A stretch of 63,945 bases of DNA, the filler included, from Lama guanicoe (taxonomy: Eukaryota), in assembly GCA_013239625.1 (NCBI GenBank). It is 102 parts of 102 records of this genome, joined end to end, with 100 filler letters (N's around TTAATTAATTAA, not from the genome) between each part and the next. Parts side by side here need not be neighbours in the genome. Positions count along the whole stretch, not along the records: positions 25,656 to 26,314 come from PNXV01026719.1; positions 26,415 to 26,954 come from PNXV01026720.1; positions 27,055 to 27,598 come from PNXV01026721.1; positions 27,699 to 28,402 come from PNXV01026722.1; positions 28,503 to 29,491 come from PNXV01026724.1; positions 29,592 to 29,801 come from PNXV01026725.1; positions 29,902 to 30,475 come from PNXV01026727.1; positions 30,576 to 31,406 come from PNXV01026729.1; 94 more parts are not named here. One strand, 5' to 3'. Below the pieces are notes generated by a model. That model ran no database searches. It saw only the letters and a program-made list of their open reading frames with translations, and was not told the origin of the DNA. Numbering within the stretch: position 1 is the first letter of the stretch; every line of letters starts with the position of its first letter. Below are positions 25,656 to 38,112 of the stretch, piece by piece. The position numbers were made by a program, and so were the translations under genes.

Positions 25656-26314
25656 GACGAGCTTAGGAATTCCGTTAGAACCCACGCTCTGCCGACCGTT
25701 GGTGAAACCTTCCCACGCTCATGATTCCGGAACCATTGTCAGTGTGTGGGGGAGCTCGAGAGACAACTCCACGCAGCTCTCTTCATTCATAGGAGTTCCC
25801 TGTTCGGGGAAGTCCGGGAAATACCTTCCCTGAACTTGGGGAGGCAGCATCTGTCACTGATATTTCCTGCAAACCCACCTAACATTCCCTGGCACAGAGA
25901 TATTTGGAAAACCCTCAGGGGAGACGAGCTTAGGCATTCCGTTAGAACCCAAGCACTGCCGACCGTTGGTTGATTCTCCCCACGCTCAGGATTCCGGAAA
26001 CATTGTCAGTGCATGGGGGAGCTCGAGAGACAACTCCACGCAGCTCTCTTCATTCACAGGTGTTCCCTGTTCGGGGAAGTCCGGGAAATACCTTCCCTGA
26101 CCTTGGGGAGGCAGCCTCGGTCACTGGGATATCCTGCAATCACCCCTAGCATTCCCTGGCACAGAGACATTAGGAAAACCCTCAGGGGAGACGAGCTTAG
26201 GCATTCCGTTAGAACCCACGCGCTGCCGACTGTTCGTGGAACCTCCCCACGCTCAGGAATCCGGTACAATTGTCAGTGCGTTGGGGAGCTCGAGAGACAA
26301 CTCCACGCAGCTCT
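25656..26314 (+). repeat. Satellite A
   Basis: Period 267 (25746 to 26013). Confidence 0.97.
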
Positions 26315-26414
26315 NNNNNNNNNNNNNNNNNNNNNNNNNNNNNNNNNNNNNNNNNNNNTTAATTAATTAANNNNNNNNNNNNNNNNNNNNNNNNNNNNNN
26401 NNNNNNNNNNNNNN

Positions 26415-26954
26415 TGGAAAACAGAATATAGAAACCAGAATGTAGAACATGGAATGCAGAACAAATGATTTAGAATATTGAATACAGATTACTGAATATA
26501 GAATTTAGAATATAGAATGATGAACACAAAATGTACAATAAAGAATAGAGAATATAGAACCCCGAATTTATAACATGGAAGGTAGAACACAGAATTTAGA
26601 ATATGGAAAACAGAATATAGAATGTAGAAGACAGAATATAGAATATAGACTACGGAATGCAGAATATAGAATATAGACTACGGAATGCAGAATATAGAAT
26701 ATAGACTACGGAATGCAGAATATTGAAAACAGAATATAGAATGTAGAAGACAGAATATAGAATATAGACTAAGGAATGCAGAATATAGTGTATAGAATAT
26801 AGAATGATGAACACAAAATGTACAATAAAGAATAGAGAATATAGAACCCCGAATTTATAACATGGAAAGTAGAACACAAAATTTGGAATATAAAATACAG
26901 AATACTTAAAATTGAATTTAGAAAATACAATATAGAACACAGAATATGGAATGT
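26415..26954 (+). repeat. Satellite D
   Basis: TAGAATA-type array with local 28-bp duplications. Confidence 0.95.
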
Positions 26955-27054
26955 NNNNNNNNNNNNNNNNNNNNNNNNNNNNNNNNNNNNNNNNNNNNTT
27001 AATTAATTAANNNNNNNNNNNNNNNNNNNNNNNNNNNNNNNNNNNNNNNNNNNN

Positions 27055-27598
27055 AGTTTGGTTTCTCAGTCTGTTTCCTAGTGCCTGTTTGAAGTGCCTG
27101 GAGGTTCCATTGTAAAACCGAGTTGGAGCTTGTTCCTCCCCATATATATGTATGGAGGGGAGTTGGAAACTGAAAAGAAACTTTGTGTTCCCTTCAATCT
27201 AGATGAAGGACGGCTTCAACACACAGTTCCCCCTGAGAACTGAGCATGTGGAGAGACGTTCGTTCATCCAGCCCAAAGGGAACGGGTTGCAGGGGAAACA
27301 GTTAGTTTGGTTTCTCAGTCTGTTTCCTAGTGCCTGTTTGAAGTGCCTGGAGGTTCCATTGTAAAACCGAGTTGGAGCTTGTTCCTCCCCATATATATGT
27401 ATGGAGGGGAGTTGGAAACTGAAAAGAAACTTTGTGTTCCCTTCAATCTAGATGAAGGACGGCTTCAACACACAGTTCCCCCTGAGAACTGAGCATGTGG
27501 AGAGACGTTCGTTCATCCAGCACAAAGGGAAATTTTTGCAAGAGAAACACTTACTCTGGTTGCTCAGTCTGTTTCCTTGTGCCGGTTTGAAGTGCCTG
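27055..27598 (+). repeat. Satellite B (249-bp period)
   Basis: agtttggtttctcagtc at 27055 and 27304. Confidence 0.97.
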
Positions 27599-27698
27599 NN
27601 NNNNNNNNNNNNNNNNNNNNNNNNNNNNNNNNNNNNNNNNNNTTAATTAATTAANNNNNNNNNNNNNNNNNNNNNNNNNNNNNNNNNNNNNNNNNNNN

Positions 27699-28402
27699 GG
27701 GTTCTAACGGAATACCTAAGCTCATCTCCCCTGAGGGTTTTCCTAATTTCTCTGTGCCGTGGAATGCTAGGGGGGTTTGCACGAAGTCCCAGGGACAGAG
27801 GCTGCCTCCCCAAGGTCAGGGAAGGTATTTCTCGGACTTCCCCGGACAGGGAACACCTGTGACTGAAGAGAGCTGCGTGGAGTTGTCTCTCGAGCTCCCT
27901 CACGCACTGACAAAGGTTCCGGAATCCTGAGCGTGGGGAGGTTCCACCAACGGTCGGCAGCGCGTGGGTTCTAACGGAATACCTAAGCTCATCTCCCCTG
28001 AGGGTTTTCCTAATGTCTCTGTGCCAGGGAATGCTAGGGGGGTTTGCAGGAAGTCCCAGGGACAGAGGCTGCCTCCCCAAAGTCATGGACAGTATTTCTC
28101 AGACTTCCCCGTACAGGGAATACCTGTGACTGAAGAGAGCTGCGTGGAGTTGTCTCTCGAGCTCCCTCACGCACTGACAAAGGTTCCGGAATCCTGAGCT
28201 TGGGGAGGTTCCACCAACGGTCGGCAGCGCGTGGGTTCTAACGGAATGACTAAGCTCGTCACCCCTGAGGGTTTTCCTAACTTCTCTGTGCCAGGGAATG
28301 CTAGGGGCGTTTGCAGGGATTCCCAGGGACAGAGCCTGCATCCCCAAGATCAGAGAAGGTTTTCCTCGGACTTCCCCGAACAGGGAACACCTGTGACTGA
28401 AG
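27699..28402 (-). repeat. Satellite A
   Basis: About 2.6 monomers, period 267. Confidence 0.97.
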
Positions 28403-29198
28403 NNNNNNNNNNNNNNNNNNNNNNNNNNNNNNNNNNNNNNNNNNNNTTAATTAATTAANNNNNNNNNNNNNNNNNNNNNNNNNNNNNNNNNNNNNNNNNN
28501 NNTATTGTTATATAGAGGAAGAACACTGGCAAAGACAGTGTGATGCAAAATAGCATAATGCTCGCAGCCAAATGCCACAGTAGTACTGGACCACACGCAC
28601 CTTGTGGGGAGAGATTAAAGGTGAAGGCACAGAGATGGGCAAGGACGAGATTGGATAACATGTTAAGAAACATAGCTATGAAAGGAAACCACAGAATGAT
28701 TTCTGAAAAGGTAACAAAGCCAGATTTGCATTTTGCGTCTCTCTCCGTAACACCTGGGTACAGCCATCCTCAATTCCAGCATTATAGCTCCCAGAAGTGT
28801 CTCCAAAGTGTGGAGGCATGTTGAAAGTTATCTATTATCAGTAAAGTAGGAAAGTTTGTGAAACATTCTCTTTAAAAAATTATAAAAGAACAAGTTAACC
28901 ATCTTCTCAATTATTTATCAGTAAGTTACTTCTTTTCTGGCAGATTTCTCCAATTCCAAACTGGAAGTCATTGCTAATATTCATCATTACTTTTCACTTA
29001 TTTTTTGATGTGCTTCTCCAACAGGGCAAGAGACAGGCAGACTCATAGCTAAGGTGAAATTTGCATAATGCTGGGTAAATCTCTGAGAACACGTCCTAAC
29101 ATTGCTGGTCTTCATGTGTCACGGCAGGAAAGAAAATGCAGAGCCATTGGTAATTGTTATGGAGAATGAATTGGCAGGGCCAAATTAAGAGACAGAAC

Positions 29199-29491
29199 TT
29201 TTTTTTTAATTGAAGTATAGTTGATTTACAATGTTGTGTTAGTCTCTGGTGTACAGCGTAGTGATTCAGTTACACATATATAGATACATTATTTTTCATT
29301 ATAGGCCATCACAAGATATTGACTATAGTTCTCTGTGCTATACAGTAGGACCTTGTTGTTTATCTGTTTTAGATACAGTAGTGTATAGCTGCAAATCCCA
29401 AATTCCTATTTTATCTCTCCCCACCCCCCCCAGTAACCACAAGCTTGTTTTTTATGTCTGTGAGTCTGTCCCTGCTTTGTAAATGAATTCA
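29199..29491 (-). mobile_element. LINE-1 3' end, cetartiodactyl type
   Basis: (T)n aattgaagtatagttgatttacaatgttgtgttagt...tgtgctatacagtaggaccttgttgtttatc. Confidence 0.9.
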
Positions 29492-29591
29492 NNNNNNNNN
29501 NNNNNNNNNNNNNNNNNNNNNNNNNNNNNNNNNNNTTAATTAATTAANNNNNNNNNNNNNNNNNNNNNNNNNNNNNNNNNNNNNNNNNNNN

Positions 29592-29655
29592 GTTTCTCCT
29601 GCAACCCGTTCCCTTTGTGCTAGATGAACCAACGTCCCTCCACGTGCTCAATTTT
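29592..29655 (-). repeat. Satellite B fragment abutting non-satellite DNA
   Basis: gtttctcctgcaacccgttccctttgtgctagatgaac...ccacgtgctca, followed by unrelated AT-rich sequence. Confidence 0.85.
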
Positions 29656-29901
29656 ATGTTTTTGTATGTAATATTTTCCATTCACTTATGTTGTTTATAC
29701 ATCAAAGATTCTTTTCATTGGGAAACTATACTATATTCATTTACATTGGTAAATTCTAGCTCCAACAATATTTTATGTCGATAACTGCATGATATTCTGA
29801 TNNNNNNNNNNNNNNNNNNNNNNNNNNNNNNNNNNNNNNNNNNNNTTAATTAATTAANNNNNNNNNNNNNNNNNNNNNNNNNNNNNNNNNNNNNNNNNNN
29901 N

Positions 29902-30475
29902 TTTCCCCAACTCCAGCACACACACGAAGAACTCTTCGGCTATCATAAGTCAGGGGAGACTCCCCCAACTGACGGCAGCACCTGGGATCTAATTGAATCT
30001 CTTGGATTGACATCCCTGATTGTTTCCTTTGGCCGCGATATGAGTTAAGGTGGGTTTGGGCACTAAACCAAAGTAATAGCGAGTGCCTCTCTATGAGCAG
30101 TGGAAGTGTTTAAATACATCCACAACCTGGAAACACCTGTGTCCCCAGAAAGATGCGTGGATTCAGTTTCCCTCCTCCAGCACACACACGAAGAACTCTT
30201 CGGCTCTCATAAGTCAGGGGAGACTCCCCCAACTGACGGCAGCACCTGGGATCTAATAGAATCACTTGGCTTGAAATCCCTGAGTGTTCCCATAGGCCGG
30301 ACCCTGAGCGAAGGTGTGGTTGGACACGAAACCAAAGTAATAGCGAGTGCCTCTCTATTAGCAGTGGAAGTGTTTAAATACATCCACAACCTGGAAACAC
30401 CTGTGTCCCCAGAAAGATGCGTGGATTCAGTTTCCCTCCTCCAGCACACACACGATATCTGGCTCAGATGTTTTG
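29902..30475 (-). repeat. Satellite C (264-bp period)
   Basis: ctccagcacacacacga at 29911, 30175, 30439. Confidence 0.95.
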
Positions 30476-30575
30476 NNNNNNNNNNNNNNNNNNNNNNNNN
30501 NNNNNNNNNNNNNNNNNNNTTAATTAATTAANNNNNNNNNNNNNNNNNNNNNNNNNNNNNNNNNNNNNNNNNNNN

Positions 30576-31406
30576 ATATAGTATATAGACTACGGAATAG
30601 AGAATATAGAAGGTAGAATAAAGAATGAAGAACAAAAAATGTAGAATATAAAACAGAGAATAAACAACCGAAAATTTAGAAATGGAATGCAGAATATAGA
30701 ATTTAGAATATAGAATACAGAATACTGAATAAATATTTTAGAATATAGAATGTAGAAGACAGAATATAGAATATAGACTACTGAATGCAGAATATAAAAT
30801 ATAGAATATAGAATGATGAACACAAAATTTAGAATTTAGAATAGAGAACATAGAACCCAGAATTTAGAACATGGAATGTAGAACACAGAATTTAGAATAT
30901 AGAATACCGAAAACTGAATATAGAATATGAATGTACAAAGTAGAGCAAAGAATATAGAATATAGAATACAGAATGCAGAATATAGAATACAGAATATAGA
31001 ATGTAGAACACAGAATATAGAATATCGAAAACAGAATACAAAACCACACTTGAGAACATGGAATGCAGAACACAGAATTTAGAATATAGAATACAGAATA
31101 CAGAATATAGAATTTGAATATAGAATATAGGACACAGAATTTAGTATATAGAATAAAGAATACTGAATATAGAATTTAGAATACAGAATGTAGAACCCAG
31201 AATATAGAATGTAGAAGACACAATATAGAACATGGAATGCAGAATAGAGAATTCAGAATATAGAATACAGAATACTGAATATAGAATTCAGAATATAGAA
31301 TGTAGAACACACAATATAAAATATAGACTATGGAATGCAGAATATAGCATACAGAAAATAGAACGATGAACACAAAATATAGTCTATAGGATAGAGAATA
31401 TAGAAC
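30576..31406 (+). repeat. Satellite D
   Basis: TAGAATA-type heptamer array. Confidence 0.95.
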
Positions 31407-31970
31407 NNNNNNNNNNNNNNNNNNNNNNNNNNNNNNNNNNNNNNNNNNNNTTAATTAATTAANNNNNNNNNNNNNNNNNNNNNNNNNNNNNNNNNNNNNN
31501 NNNNNNACACGGAGGCATCAAAAAGGTCTCTGTAATTTTCCCTTTTTAAAAGATGCGGCACAGTGTTATATATTTGAGCTGGTTTTTCACTGAACAATTT
31601 TTAGTGTTTTCTGGGACCCCCAGTGCCCCAAACTTCCGTGCAGCTGGGTGTCCCCTCAGTGCAGCTCTGTCAGCGCTTGTCCTGGGCTGACGGGGTGTCA
31701 CGGGGAGCAGGACGGTCAGCTTCCCCGGCTCCTCCGAGCTCCGTCTCCTCATCCGCAGCACCGGGGTTCTCATCTGTGTTTACTTAATAGGGTTGCTGAG
31801 AATCACACGTGATGCTTGTCAGGTGTGATTTGTGGTTGTCTCTGTGATTGGCATATAGTCAATATTTGATAGAAACACTTGTTTTTTTAGTATAATTGTA
31901 GCACCTAGATTGCAGTGGTTTTAAGTCTGCATTTTTTTTAATAACTTTACTCTTGTTTTTCAATATGCAC

Positions 31971-32066
31971 TTATTTTTATTTATTTTTTTGGAGGTACTG
32001 GGGACTGAAGCCAGGACATTGTGCATGCTAAGCAGATGCTCTACAACTAAGTAATACCCACCCTCC
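31971..32066 (-). mobile_element. Vic-1-like tRNA-derived SINE
   Basis: Reverse complement: ggagggtgggtattacttagttgtagagcatctgcttagcatgcacaatgtcctggcttcagtccccagtacctcc(A)n. Confidence 0.85.
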
Positions 32067-33339
32067 TTGTCTGCACTTTAAAATAAATATTGCAGTACAC
32101 AAAATAGCTCTTAAACCCCCTCATGGGATCTAGTATCTGTATAGACAGTTGAAAACGTATGCTATTTCAATAAGAATAAATGTTGTTGGGACATACATTT
32201 CCGAATNNNNNNNNNNNNNNNNNNNNNNNNNNNNNNNNNNNNNNNNNNNNTTAATTAATTAANNNNNNNNNNNNNNNNNNNNNNNNNNNNNNNNNNNNNN
32301 NNNNNNTGGATCCTAGGTAACCAGGCAGAGTTCTGTGGGTGGATCAGTGTGATGGTGGGGCTGCCGCACTCTGTGGAGCTTTGCTTAGGTGTTTGGTCCG
32401 GGAAGCTGTGTAAGTTCGAGATACTGCTGCTGCCCAAAGACCTGAGTTCACAGGTCAGTTTCCAGAACCTGAAAGGGCAGACAGTGGAAGATCTGTCTGT
32501 CATCAGCTTACTGGTGAGGCTCCGAGGTACTTTCAGACTTGCCCAGCCCTGGTGAAGTCGACTTTATGGGAGACACGAAGAGAAGCTTGCTGAAAAGCTG
32601 GCTGCACGAATTGAGGAGAGATGCGAACACATGGATGAGAGATGTTCTGCTACAATGGAGAATACTGGCGTGGAGACAGCTGTAGAGGATACCAGGCTCA
32701 AAAGAGATTCATGAGACATGTTGAACCTCGCTGATACTGGCAAAAACATACGAAGTGCCAACGTGGACTTGAGGAAGTTCCTCAATTCTCTTNNNNNNNN
32801 NNNNNNNNNNNNNNNNNNNNNNNNNNNNNNNNNNNNTTAATTAATTAANNNNNNNNNNNNNNNNNNNNNNNNNNNNNNNNNNNNNNNNNNNNTGCCCTGG
32901 AAATGCCTCATGAAATCCTGAAGCACCTGAAGCCCAAGACACCAATTACTCACCAGCATATAACTCCGCTTTTCTCCAATCTGAAAAAAAAAAAACAAAA
33001 AAACAAAGGAAGTAAATTCTCCCATTCATTGGAACTTCACTTCAGAGCACGGCAACGCTGTGACCACGTGGAAGCGGAAGGGTTATGATGGTGCTGCGCT
33101 GCCGTGTCCGTCACTCAGTGACAGTTCTGATGTGCTTGTCCTCTTGTACATCTCCCGCTTTATTTCTCACGTTTTCCACATTCCACATTTGTGATCAAAT
33201 GTGAGGTTCTGTTTTTTTTAATTTTTTGTTGTTTTTTTGTTTGTTTGTTTGTTTGTTTTGTTTTTCAAGGCAGGGATAGGCTTGAATTATGAAAGTATTG
33301 GAAAGCTTAAAATTTTATGTGCTGCCTTCACACTTTTGA

Positions 33340-33622
33340 GCTTCACAGGACTCCAAATGCCTAATTTGCCTGCTCTCACCCGATATGCCCTCCACCCAGC
33401 ACGGAAAACTCCCCTATCAGCTAATTTCTCTGTTGGCCAAGGCAACCTAACCCCACCTGGTCTTTAACCTAATGTGCTTCACCTCACCATCAGCCTGCAA
33501 AATTATTCAAACAAGCAAATTTCATCCTTCCACAGAAAACAGAGGCATCTCATCCTCTTGTAACTACGGAGCTTGCCTCCCACAGCCCTTGCTAGCTCAT
33601 TGTGCTCTCAAGTGCAACCCCC
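33340..33622 (+). mobile_element. ERV LTR-like fragment
   Basis: gcctgcaaaattattcaaacaagc...gcctcccacagcccttg...gtgcaacccc; LTR-like, family not assigned. Confidence 0.4.
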
Positions 33623-33939
33623 NNNNNNNNNNNNNNNNNNNNNNNNNNNNNNNNNNNNNNNNNNNNTTAATTAATTAANNNNNNNNNNNNNNNNNNNNNN
33701 NNNNNNNNNNNNNNNNNNNNNNACGACAAGCCAGCCAAGAAACAAGCACCACTCGGAGGGTTGGAGTACTCCGACTTCTTACGCAGGTGGGCTCAGAGGG
33801 GCTTCTGCTCTGAGGCTCTGAGCACCTACAAGACGTGTGATGAGGCTTTATAGGATTAATTATGAGCTTGGGGTTTTCAACCAATAGGCATGGAACAGCT
33901 TTTATCAGCATCATTATCACAAAAGCAGAGGCAGCAAAC

Positions 33940-34316
33940 AGACACTCCAAGGCCAGATATGTGTTTCTGAAAATTTAGCTGGCTAGCAAAGAGAACATGA
34001 GCAGAGAATCAGCATACTGACATTTATTATGTTAGATTTACAAGTTAGGCCCAGCAGAACTCAGGTCAGTAATCCAACACTTGTTACACTTAAATTTAAG
34101 AGTTAGCCCAGCCTGGCATTTCCTTCACAGTTACATTTCAAAGGGACAGCTCCCAGATCCCTAAGAAAGACATTCCAGAATTAAAGAAGATTTGCATCAC
34201 AGAGGATCAGAGAAAGAATGTGCAATTCCAAGTTTTCTGAAGTATATCCTGTGAGAAATAAGAAGTTAGGGGCCTGTAGTTAGGAGAAAACTTTCTAAAG
34301 GCTAGTTCAGCTGAGG
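33940..34316. mobile_element. ERV1 LTR-like fragment
   Basis: acatttcaaagggacagctcccagatccctaagaaagacattcc...cagagaaagaatgtgcaattccaagttttct resembles ERV1-class LTRs. Confidence 0.4.
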
Positions 34317-35100
34317 NNNNNNNNNNNNNNNNNNNNNNNNNNNNNNNNNNNNNNNNNNNNTTAATTAATTAANNNNNNNNNNNNNNNNNNNNNNNNNNNN
34401 NNNNNNNNNNNNNNNNCACAACAAGCCTCGCGGTACACACCAACATTCCACCTGGAATGCAAGCGCTAACAGACATCCCCAATGGTTTCTGCATATTATC
34501 AGTGTTGGGGGAGGGGCTGAATCCGACGAGAGGTTCCTAAGGTAAATGTGATTCTATCCACTAGCGTCCAATGGGTCTTTTTCTTCCCTCTATCCTTTTG
34601 TGCGGGTTTGAATGCACAGTAAAAACCGAGGGAAGTGTGTCCATGTTTAGTGGATGGTTTCAGACGTCTTTAAACTTTCTAACAGTTCACAGTACACAGA
34701 GACCCACTAAAGGAGACTTATGTTCCTGTAATATCCGTACACCCAGAATCCATATCCGTCGGTAGATTTCTGCTGAAATACCCGCACTCTCGGGACATGG
34801 ATTCATTGGTTTCATGGGGGCTGAAATTCCTGGAAATGAAACCAATCCCAATGTGCACTTCACTGTCTGTCTCTTTGGCTCTTTGTACACTAATGCAGAG
34901 CTACTTGTCTTTGTTATAGGCTTTTGTAATTTATTCTCTACGTATGGGTGTATATGGCACTCATTCATCCTGTTGGAAGACTTGCAAGTCTTTATCACGG
35001 NNNNNNNNNNNNNNNNNNNNNNNNNNNNNNNNNNNNNNNNNNNNTTAATTAATTAANNNNNNNNNNNNNNNNNNNNNNNNNNNNNNNNNNNNNNNNNNNN

Positions 35101-35570
35101 CCTGTGCTCGTCTCCCCTGAGGGTTTTCCTCATGCCTCTGTGCCAGGGAATGTTAGGGTGGGTTGCAGGAATTCCCAGTGACAGAGGCTGCATCCCCAAG
35201 ATCAGGGAAGGTATTTCTCGGATTTTCCCGTGCAGGGAACACCTGTGATGAACACAGCTGCGTGGAGTTGTCTCTCGAGCTCCCCCACTGAATGACAATG
35301 TTTCCGGCATCCTGAGCGTGGGGAGGTTCCACCAAAGGTCGGCAGCGCGTGGGTTCTAACGGAATGCCTGTGCTCGTCTCCCCTGAGGGTTTTCCTCATG
35401 CCTCTGTGCCAGGGAATGTTAGGGTGGGTTGCAGGAATTCCCAGTGACAGAGGCTGCCTCCCCAAGGTCAGGGAAGTTATTTCTCGGACTTCCCCGTGCA
35501 GAGAACACCTGTGATGAACACAGCTGCGTGGAGTTGTCTCTCGAGCTCCCCCACTGAATGACAATGTTTC
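35101..35570 (-). repeat. Satellite A
   Basis: About 1.8 monomers. Confidence 0.97.
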
Positions 35571-36416
35571 NNNNNNNNNNNNNNNNNNNNNNNNNNNNNN
35601 NNNNNNNNNNNNNNTTAATTAATTAANNNNNNNNNNNNNNNNNNNNNNNNNNNNNNNNNNNNNNNNNNNNATACATTAGGTCAGCATCGAACAGCACACT
35701 GCCCGAGGGGTCCAGAGTCTCTGTGTTTGTATCTTTGGTAGAGGAGTTTTATTTAAAAAAAAAAACAAAAAAACCTTGCAAACCCATTGACCTAGCTAAT
35801 TGGACAGATTCAGTTTTGCATAGTTTCCTTATAATGCTGGCTAAAGGAGACATTACTGTAAAGTCCTTTATCTTTTAATTTTAATATGTGAAGTGCTTTC
35901 AGAATAACTGAAGCTGAATCGTTAAGCTCCTGCTGTATACCAGGATTATTTTATTTATTTTTATTGAAGTGTAGTTGATGTACAATGTTGNNNNNNNNNN
36001 NNNNNNNNNNNNNNNNNNNNNNNNNNNNNNNNNNTTAATTAATTAANNNNNNNNNNNNNNNNNNNNNNNNNNNNNNNNNNNNNNNNNNNNTCCCGAATGC
36101 AAACATGAGAAAACACCACATTTTTATCCAAAATCAAGTGTTTGTCTCTATTGCATTCCCACTGCAGTTAAGAATTTTAGGAGTTCTAGGATTTTACCAT
36201 GCTGAGATTTTAAGCAACCTAGCATGTTCTTTTCTTACAGATGCTGTTTTGGAGTTGAGGCCACTCTTCATTGAACTTTATCACTCACAGCAAGAGCAGC
36301 CAGTTTTAAATTTGTANNNNNNNNNNNNNNNNNNNNNNNNNNNNNNNNNNNNNNNNNNNNTTAATTAATTAANNNNNNNNNNNNNNNNNNNNNNNNNNNN
36401 NNNNNNNNNNNNNNNN

Positions 36417-36977
36417 CTACAAACCGGCACTAGGAAACAGACTGAGAAACCAGAGTAAGTGTTTTCCCAGCAAACTGTTCCCTTTGTGCTAGATGAACGA
36501 AAGTCTCTCCACATGCTCCGTTTTGAGAGTTAAGCGTGTGTGAAAGCCGTCCTTCACCTAGCTTGTTGGGAACACAAAGTTTCTGTTCAGTTGCAGACTG
36601 TAATCCGTACATATGTATGGGGAGGTACAAGCTCCAACTCGATTTTATGGTGAAAACTGCAGGAACTTCCAACTGGCACAAGGAAACAGACAGAGAAACC
36701 AGAGTAAGTATTTATCCTGCAACCTGTTCCCTTGGTGCTAGACGAACGAATGTTTCTCCACATGCTCAGTTTTGAGGTTTAAGTGTGTGTGAAAGCCGAC
36801 CTTCACATAGCTTGTGGGGAAAACAAACTTTCTCTTAGGTTGCACAATCCAATCCATACATATATATTGGGAGGTACAAGCTCCAACTCGGTTTTACGGT
36901 GAAACTGCAGGAAATTCAATCCGGTACAAGGAAACAGACTGAGAATCCAGAGTAAGTGTTTCTCCTGCAACCTGTTC
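36417..36977 (-). repeat. Satellite B
   Basis: aaaccggcactaggaaacagactgagaaaccagagtaagtg repeated. Confidence 0.96.
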
Positions 36978-37077
36978 NNNNNNNNNNNNNNNNNNNNNNN
37001 NNNNNNNNNNNNNNNNNNNNNTTAATTAATTAANNNNNNNNNNNNNNNNNNNNNNNNNNNNNNNNNNNNNNNNNNNN

Positions 37078-37535
37078 TGAATGAAGAGAGCTGCGTGGAG
37101 TTGTCTCTCGAGCTCCCCCACGCAATCATAATAGTCCCGGAATCCTTACCGTGGAGAGGTACCTCCATTGGTCGGCAGCACGTGGGTTCTAACGGAATGC
37201 CTAAGCTCGTCTCCCCTGAGAATTTTTCTAATGTCTCTGTGCCAGGGAAAGCTTGGGGGGTTTGCAGGAATTCCCTGCGGCAGAGGCTGCCTCCTCAAGG
37301 TCAAGGAAGGTATTTCTCGGACTTCCCCGAACAGGGAACACCTGTGACTTAAGAGAGCTGCGTGGAGTTGTCTCTCGAGCTCCCCCACGCAATGATAATG
37401 GTTCCGGAATCCTTACCGTGGGAAGGTACCTCCATTGGTCGGCAGCGCGTGGGTTCTAACTGAATGCCAAAGGTCGTCTCCCCTGTGGCTTTTCCTAATG
37501 TCTCGGTGCCATGGAATGCTAGGGGGGTTTGCAGG
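37078..37535 (-). repeat. Satellite A (variant subfamily)
   Basis: About 1.7 monomers with ccttaccgtgg/ggtacctccattgg variant sites. Confidence 0.96.
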
Positions 37536-37635
37536 NNNNNNNNNNNNNNNNNNNNNNNNNNNNNNNNNNNNNNNNNNNNTTAATTAATTAANNNNNNNNN
37601 NNNNNNNNNNNNNNNNNNNNNNNNNNNNNNNNNNN

Positions 37636-38112
37636 ATGGGGAAGTACAAGCTCCAACTAGGTTTTACAGTGAAAACTGAAGGAAATTTTAACCGGCACTA
37701 GGAAACAGACTGAGAAACCAGAGTAAGTGTTTCTCCTGCAACCTGTTCCCTTTCAGCTAGATGAACGAAAGACTTTCCACATGCTCAGATTTGAGATTTA
37801 AACGTGTGTGAAAAGAGCCCTTCTGCAAGCTTGTTGGGAACACAAAGTTTCTCTTCAGTTGCAGACTCCACACCATACATATATATGGGGAAGTACAAGC
37901 TCCAACTAGGTTTTACAGTGAAAACTGAAGGAAATTTTAACCGGCACTAGGAAACAGACTGAGAAACCAGAGTAAGTGTTTCCCCTGCAACCTGTTCCCT
38001 TTCAGCTAGATGAACGAAAGACTTTCCACATGCTCAGATTTGAGATTTAAACGTGTGTGAAAAGAGCCCTTCTGCAAGCTTGTTGGGAACACAAAGTTCC
38101 TCTTCAGTTGCA
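37636..38112 (-). repeat. Satellite B (249-bp period)
   Basis: atggggaagtacaagctcc at 37636 and 37885. Confidence 0.97.
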
